Assembly: GCA_902609995.1 (NCBI GenBank)
Contig: CACLUD010000001.1
Location: 1 to 56,071 of the forward strand
Source: an uncultured Prochlorococcus sp.
GTDB taxonomy: Bacteria > Cyanobacteriota > Cyanobacteriia > PCC-6307 > Cyanobiaceae
Length of the DNA stretch: 56,071 nt
Direction: 5' to 3'
Each line of letters starts with the position of its first letter. The first letter of the stretch is position 1. Positions 51,945-56,071 of the stretch are shown here, piece by piece. Under the pieces are notes generated by a model, which ran no database searches, was not told the origin of the DNA, and was given only the letters and a program-made list of their open reading frames with translations. The translations under genes and the position numbers were made by a program.

Positions 51945-53984
51945 ATGAATAACTATAAACTTCAAGCACCTTATCAACCAAATGGTGATCAACCTAAAGC
52001 CATTAAGAAGTTAGTTCAAGGAGTTAATAGTGGCGAAGAGTTTCAGACACTTTTAGGAGCAACTGGAACGGGAAAAACTTTTACTATTGCTAATGTAATT
52101 CAGCAAACTGGAAGACCAGCACTTATTCTTGCTCATAATAAAACTTTAGCAGCTCAATTATGTAATGAATTAAGGCAGTTTTTTCCAAAAAATGCTGTTG
52201 AATACTTTATCTCTTACTATGATTATTATCAGCCAGAAGCTTATGTACCAGTAAGCGATACTTACATAGCAAAAACTGCTTCAATTAATGAAGAGATTGA
52301 TATGCTTAGGCATTCGGCTACTAGATCATTATTTGAGAGGAAGGATGTAATTGTTGTTGCATCTATTAGTTGTATTTATGGTTTAGGGATACCAAGTGAA
52401 TATTTAAAAGCTGCTGTTAAATTTGCTGTTGGTGAATCTATAGATTTACGTTCTTCTCTAAGAGCGCTTGTGGATAATCAATATACAAGAAATGATACAG
52501 AAATTACGAGAGGTAGATTTAGAATTAAGGGAGATGTATTAGAAATTGGACCAGCTTATGAAGACAGATTGATAAGAATTGAATTATTTGGAGATGAGAT
52601 TGAGGCTATTAGATTTGTTGATCCATTAACTGGAGAGATTCTTGAGAGTCTTGATCAAGTAAGTGTTTATCCAGCCAAGCATTTTGTCACTCCAAAAGAG
52701 AGACTAGAGGCTGCAATTAGTGCTATTAGAAATGAATTAAAAGAACAACTCGATAAATTTGCGTATGAAGGAAAGTTGTTGGAGGCACAGCGTTTAGAAC
52801 AACGCACAAAATATGATTTGGAAATGTTAAGAGAAGTTGGATATTGTAATGGTGTTGAAAATTATGCACGTCATTTAGCTGGTAGAGAAGAAGGAACTCC
52901 TCCGGAATGTTTAATAGATTATTTCCCAAAAGATTGGTTATTAGTAGTTGATGAAAGTCACGTAACATGCCCGCAATTACATGCAATGTATAACGGAGAT
53001 CAAGCTAGAAAAAAAGTATTAATAGATCATGGTTTTAGATTACCTAGTGCTGCAGATAATAGACCTTTAAAGTGTGAAGAGTTTTGGGAAAAATCCAGAC
53101 AGACATTGTTTATTAGTGCAACCCCTGGCCAATGGGAGTTGGATCAATGCGAAGGTAAGTTTATTGAACAGGTTATTAGACCTACAGGGGTTTTAGATCC
53201 CATAATTGATGTAAGGCCTAGTGATGGACAAATAGATGATCTTTTATCAGAAATAAGAGTTAGAGCTAAAAAGAACCAGAGAGTATTGGTTACTACTCTT
53301 ACAAAAAGGATGGCAGAAGATCTTACGGATTTTTTATCTGACAATAAAGTAAGGGTGAGATATTTGCATTCTGAAATTCATTCGATTGAAAGGATAGAGA
53401 TTATTCAAGATCTTAGATTGGGTGAATATGATGTACTGGTTGGAGTAAATTTGCTAAGAGAAGGCCTTGATCTCCCTGAAGTTTCTTTGGTTGCTATTTT
53501 AGATGCTGATAAAGAGGGCTTTTTGAGAGCAGAGCGATCCCTAATTCAAACTATTGGAAGAGCGGCAAGACATGTTGAGGGGGTTGCTTTACTTTATGCA
53601 GATAACTTTACTGAATCAATGAAAAGAGCGATATCTGAAACTGATAGAAGAAGAACTATCCAAAAAAAATATAATCAAATCAATGGCATTACTCCAAAAC
53701 CTGCAGGTAAGAAAATTGAAAATTCAATATTGTCTTTTTTAGAGCTTTCCAGAAAATTAGATACTGGAGGATTATCTAAAGATCTAATAAACATTGTTAG
53801 TAATAAAACGGACGATATTTTAAATGCTAAAGATAATCAATGTTTACTAGATGAAATGCCTACCTTAATTGATAAGTTAGAAAATAAAATGAAAGATGCA
53901 GCAAAAGAACTAAATTTTGAAGAGGCTGCAAATCTTAGAGATAGAATTAAGAAACTCAGGCAAAAATTATCTAGAAATACTTAA
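51945..53984 (+). CDS. uvrB: Excinuclease ABC subunit B
   Basis: [38 protein letters not shown] and a C-terminal UVR domain. Confidence 0.98.
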   Translation: MNNYKLQAPYQPNGDQPKAIKKLVQGVNSGEEFQTLLGATGTGKTFTIANVIQQTGRPALILAHNKTLAAQLCNELRQFFPKNAVEYFISYYDYYQPEAYVPVSDTYIAKTASINEEIDMLRHSATRSLFERKDVIVVASISCIYGLGIPSEYLKAAVKFAVGESIDLRSSLRALVDNQYTRNDTEITRGRFRIKGDVLEIGPAYEDRLIRIELFGDEIEAIRFVDPLTGEILESLDQVSVYPAKHFVTPKERLEAAISAIRNELKEQLDKFAYEGKLLEAQRLEQRTKYDLEMLREVGYCNGVENYARHLAGREEGTPPECLIDYFPKDWLLVVDESHVTCPQLHAMYNGDQARKKVLIDHGFRLPSAADNRPLKCEEFWEKSRQTLFISATPGQWELDQCEGKFIEQVIRPTGVLDPIIDVRPSDGQIDDLLSEIRVRAKKNQRVLVTTLTKRMAEDLTDFLSDNKVRVRYLHSEIHSIERIEIIQDLRLGEYDVLVGVNLLREGLDLPEVSLVAILDADKEGFLRAERSLIQTIGRAARHVEGVALLYADNFTESMKRAISETDRRRTIQKKYNQINGITPKPAGKKIENSILSFLELSRKLDTGGLSKDLINIVSNKTDDILNAKDNQCLLDEMPTLIDKLENKMKDAAKELNFEEAANLRDRIKKLRQKLSRNT

Positions 53985-53989
53985 ATTAT

Positions 53990-55750
53990 TTATTTATCTA
54001 ATTGGAAATAAGAATGAATTGCATTAACAGCTTGGTCACAATCTTTTTCTAAGACGATACAAGAAGTTCTTATTTCACTTGTAGCAATCATTTCAATATT
54101 AATATTTTTATTAGCAAGTGCTCTAAAAATTTTCCCAGCTGTTCCAACCTTAAATGCCATTCCAGCTCCAACTGTGCTCACTTTAGCTATAGCTGGTCCA
54201 TCTTCGATGAATGATCCTGCCAATTTTTTTGTTAAAGAGTGGAAAATTGTATTAGCTCTTTCTCTATCTTGTTTGCTCATGGTAAAACTTATGTCTTTGG
54301 TTTTTAAAGATGTTAACCTTTCAGATTGCACAATAGTATCAAAAATTAAATTATTCTCTGCTAGAGCTAAACATATTGAAGCTGCCACACCAGGTTTATC
54401 AGGTAAGTTCCGAATGCTAACTTGAACTTGATTTTTATCTAATGCAATTCCTCTTACCTCAGGCTGATCTTCTGTCTCAATTACTGGATTAATAAATATT
54501 TGTTTATCAGATAATTTAAATTTTTCACTGACAAATCTAATAGCTTTTGGAATAATGTCAATATCAATTACGCAGCTGACCTTGATTTCGCTGGTAGCTA
54601 TTAATCTTACATTTATGTTTGCTTGGGATAAAGTATCAAATAAATCAGCTGATACACTTGGTCTCCCCATTATTCCAGCTCCTTGAATACTTAATTTAGT
54701 CATATTTTTTTTGAAATCATATTCGCCACCTAATTGATTTGTTATTAATTTACATTGATCAATTGTTTTGGTTAACTCAAAATCATTAACTGTAAATGCA
54801 ATATCATTACTCTTTCCATCATGTGTAGCTTGGATTATTAAATCAACATTAATGTTCGCTTCAGACAAGGTTTCAAATATTTGAGCTGCAATTCCAGGTC
54901 TGTCAGGTAGTTTGGAAATACTAAATACGGTTTGCTTTTCTAATACTTCAAGACTATTAACAGTCTTTGTTAATTCTAACCCTCCTCTTTTTAAAGCTAA
55001 TGGTTTAATTTTGCTATGTAGAAGAGTGCCATTTGAGAGGGTTTGACTCGATTTCACATATAATTTAATTCCATAATTGCGAGCAATTTCTACAGCTCTT
55101 GGATGAAGTACTGAAGCACCCACACTAGCAAGTTCTAGCATCTCTTCACAACTAATAATATCTAATAATTTTGCATTAGGTACAATTCTTGGATCAGTGG
55201 TAAGAACTCCAGGAACATCTGTATATATCTCACAAGTTTCTGCACCTAATGCTGTGGATAGTGCTACTGCTGAAGTATCTGAACCCCCTCTTCCCAAAGT
55301 TGTGATTTCCATTGATCCAGTATGACTAAGCGTTGAGCCTTGAAACCCTGCAACTACTACTACATAACCTTGATTAATATAGTTTTGTATTCGTTCTGTT
55401 TTGATATCTAGAATTCTTGCTTTTCCATGAATTGATTCAGTAATAATTCCCACTTGGCTACCTGTCAAAGATATTGCAGGAATCCCATATTCATTTAATG
55501 ACATTGATAGAAGTGCCATAGTTACTTGCTCCCCTGTAGAGAGGAGCATATCTAATTCTCGGCTATTAGGATTTTTGCTGATTGATTTTGCTAACTTATT
55601 TAAGTGATCTGTAGAATGACCCATTGCAGATACAACTACGACGATATCATTTCCAGCTTCTTTACTTTGAATAATACTTTGTGCAATCGCCTTAATTTTT
55701 GTGATATCTTCAACCGATGTGCCGCCAAATTTTTTGATTAATAAAGCCAT
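53990..55750 (-). CDS. lysC: Aspartate kinase (cyanobacterial type, four ACT domains)
   Basis: KFGGTSV, TTLGRGGSD and DPR; duplicated ACT pairs (PDRPGIAA/PDKPGVAA, ATSEIK/ATSEIR). Confidence 0.95.
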   Translation of the reverse strand: MALLIKKFGGTSVEDITKIKAIAQSIIQSKEAGNDIVVVVSAMGHSTDHLNKLAKSISKNPNSRELDMLLSTGEQVTMALLSMSLNEYGIPAISLTGSQVGIITESIHGKARILDIKTERIQNYINQGYVVVVAGFQGSTLSHTGSMEITTLGRGGSDTSAVALSTALGAETCEIYTDVPGVLTTDPRIVPNAKLLDIISCEEMLELASVGASVLHPRAVEIARNYGIKLYVKSSQTLSNGTLLHSKIKPLALKRGGLELTKTVNSLEVLEKQTVFSISKLPDRPGIAAQIFETLSEANINVDLIIQATHDGKSNDIAFTVNDFELTKTIDQCKLITNQLGGEYDFKKNMTKLSIQGAGIMGRPSVSADLFDTLSQANINVRLIATSEIKVSCVIDIDIIPKAIRFVSEKFKLSDKQIFINPVIETEDQPEVRGIALDKNQVQVSIRNLPDKPGVAASICLALAENNLIFDTIVQSERLTSLKTKDISFTMSKQDRERANTIFHSLTKKLAGSFIEDGPAIAKVSTVGAGMAFKVGTAGKIFRALANKNINIEMIATSEIRTSCIVLEKDCDQAVNAIHSYFQLDK

Positions 55751-55789
55751 AATTAAATCATAATATAAATTATTAAACTTAATATTTGA

Positions 55790-56071
55790 TTAACTTAAGT
55801 TAATGAGATTTTCCGTAAATACATTAATAGGATTATTGCCTTTTTTTAGTGATGATTCAATATCTAATAAATTACTCATCAATTTAATTAAGAAATCTGA
55901 GGAGATATTGTTTACTTTTTTACGGATAAAAAAAATTCTTTTTGGGTTAGATATATTTGCAAGTTTGCATATTTTTGATAAATCTTGCTCGCCAGATTTA
56001 TGAAGTAATTTTACTATGGTATGCATTCTGATTTGACTTATTAATCCCGCATTAAGCCTTAAAGCAGGTTC
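55790..56071 (-). CDS. holA: DNA polymerase III subunit delta, C-terminal part (runs off the right window edge)
   Basis: Frame is open to the window edge: EPALRLNAGLISQIRMH...NPKRIFF...LLDIESSLKKG, matching the cyanobacterial HolA C-terminus. Confidence 0.75.
   Translation of the reverse strand, partial: EPALRLNAGLISQIRMHTIVKLLHKSGEQDLSKICKLANISNPKRIFFIRKKVNNISSDFLIKLMSNLLDIESSLKKGNNPINVFTENLINLS

Overview
AT-rich (roughly 30% GC by eye), very gene-dense bacterial chromosome segment. Gene content and order point to a high-light-adapted Prochlorococcus core-genome region (sqdB/sqdX, ycf37, ycf23, cyanobacterial 4-ACT aspartate kinase, MgdA-type glucosyltransferase). It holds about 50 housekeeping CDSs, one tRNA-Val(UAC) and two genes cut by the window edges (ppk1 at left, holA at right). 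I see no transposase, integrase, prophage, CRISPR array or recognisable defence island. The signals most worth following up are inside or between core genes: (1) RNase J ends in a disordered tail with an RRRRSA motif like the PNPase-binding peptide of cyanobacterial RNase E, and a disordered hypothetical protein also ends in RRRR; (2) a T4-gp30-like ATP-dependent DNA ligase sits divergent from a SprT metalloprotease; (3) a probable unannotated XRE-like regulator lies between a desaturase and the ynbB-gcvH-gcvP operon; (4) dnaX carries a recent in-frame 72-bp tandem duplication; (5) PabC and a HesB-like protein show active-site substitutions. These system-level readings are hypotheses made by eye; no database search was run.
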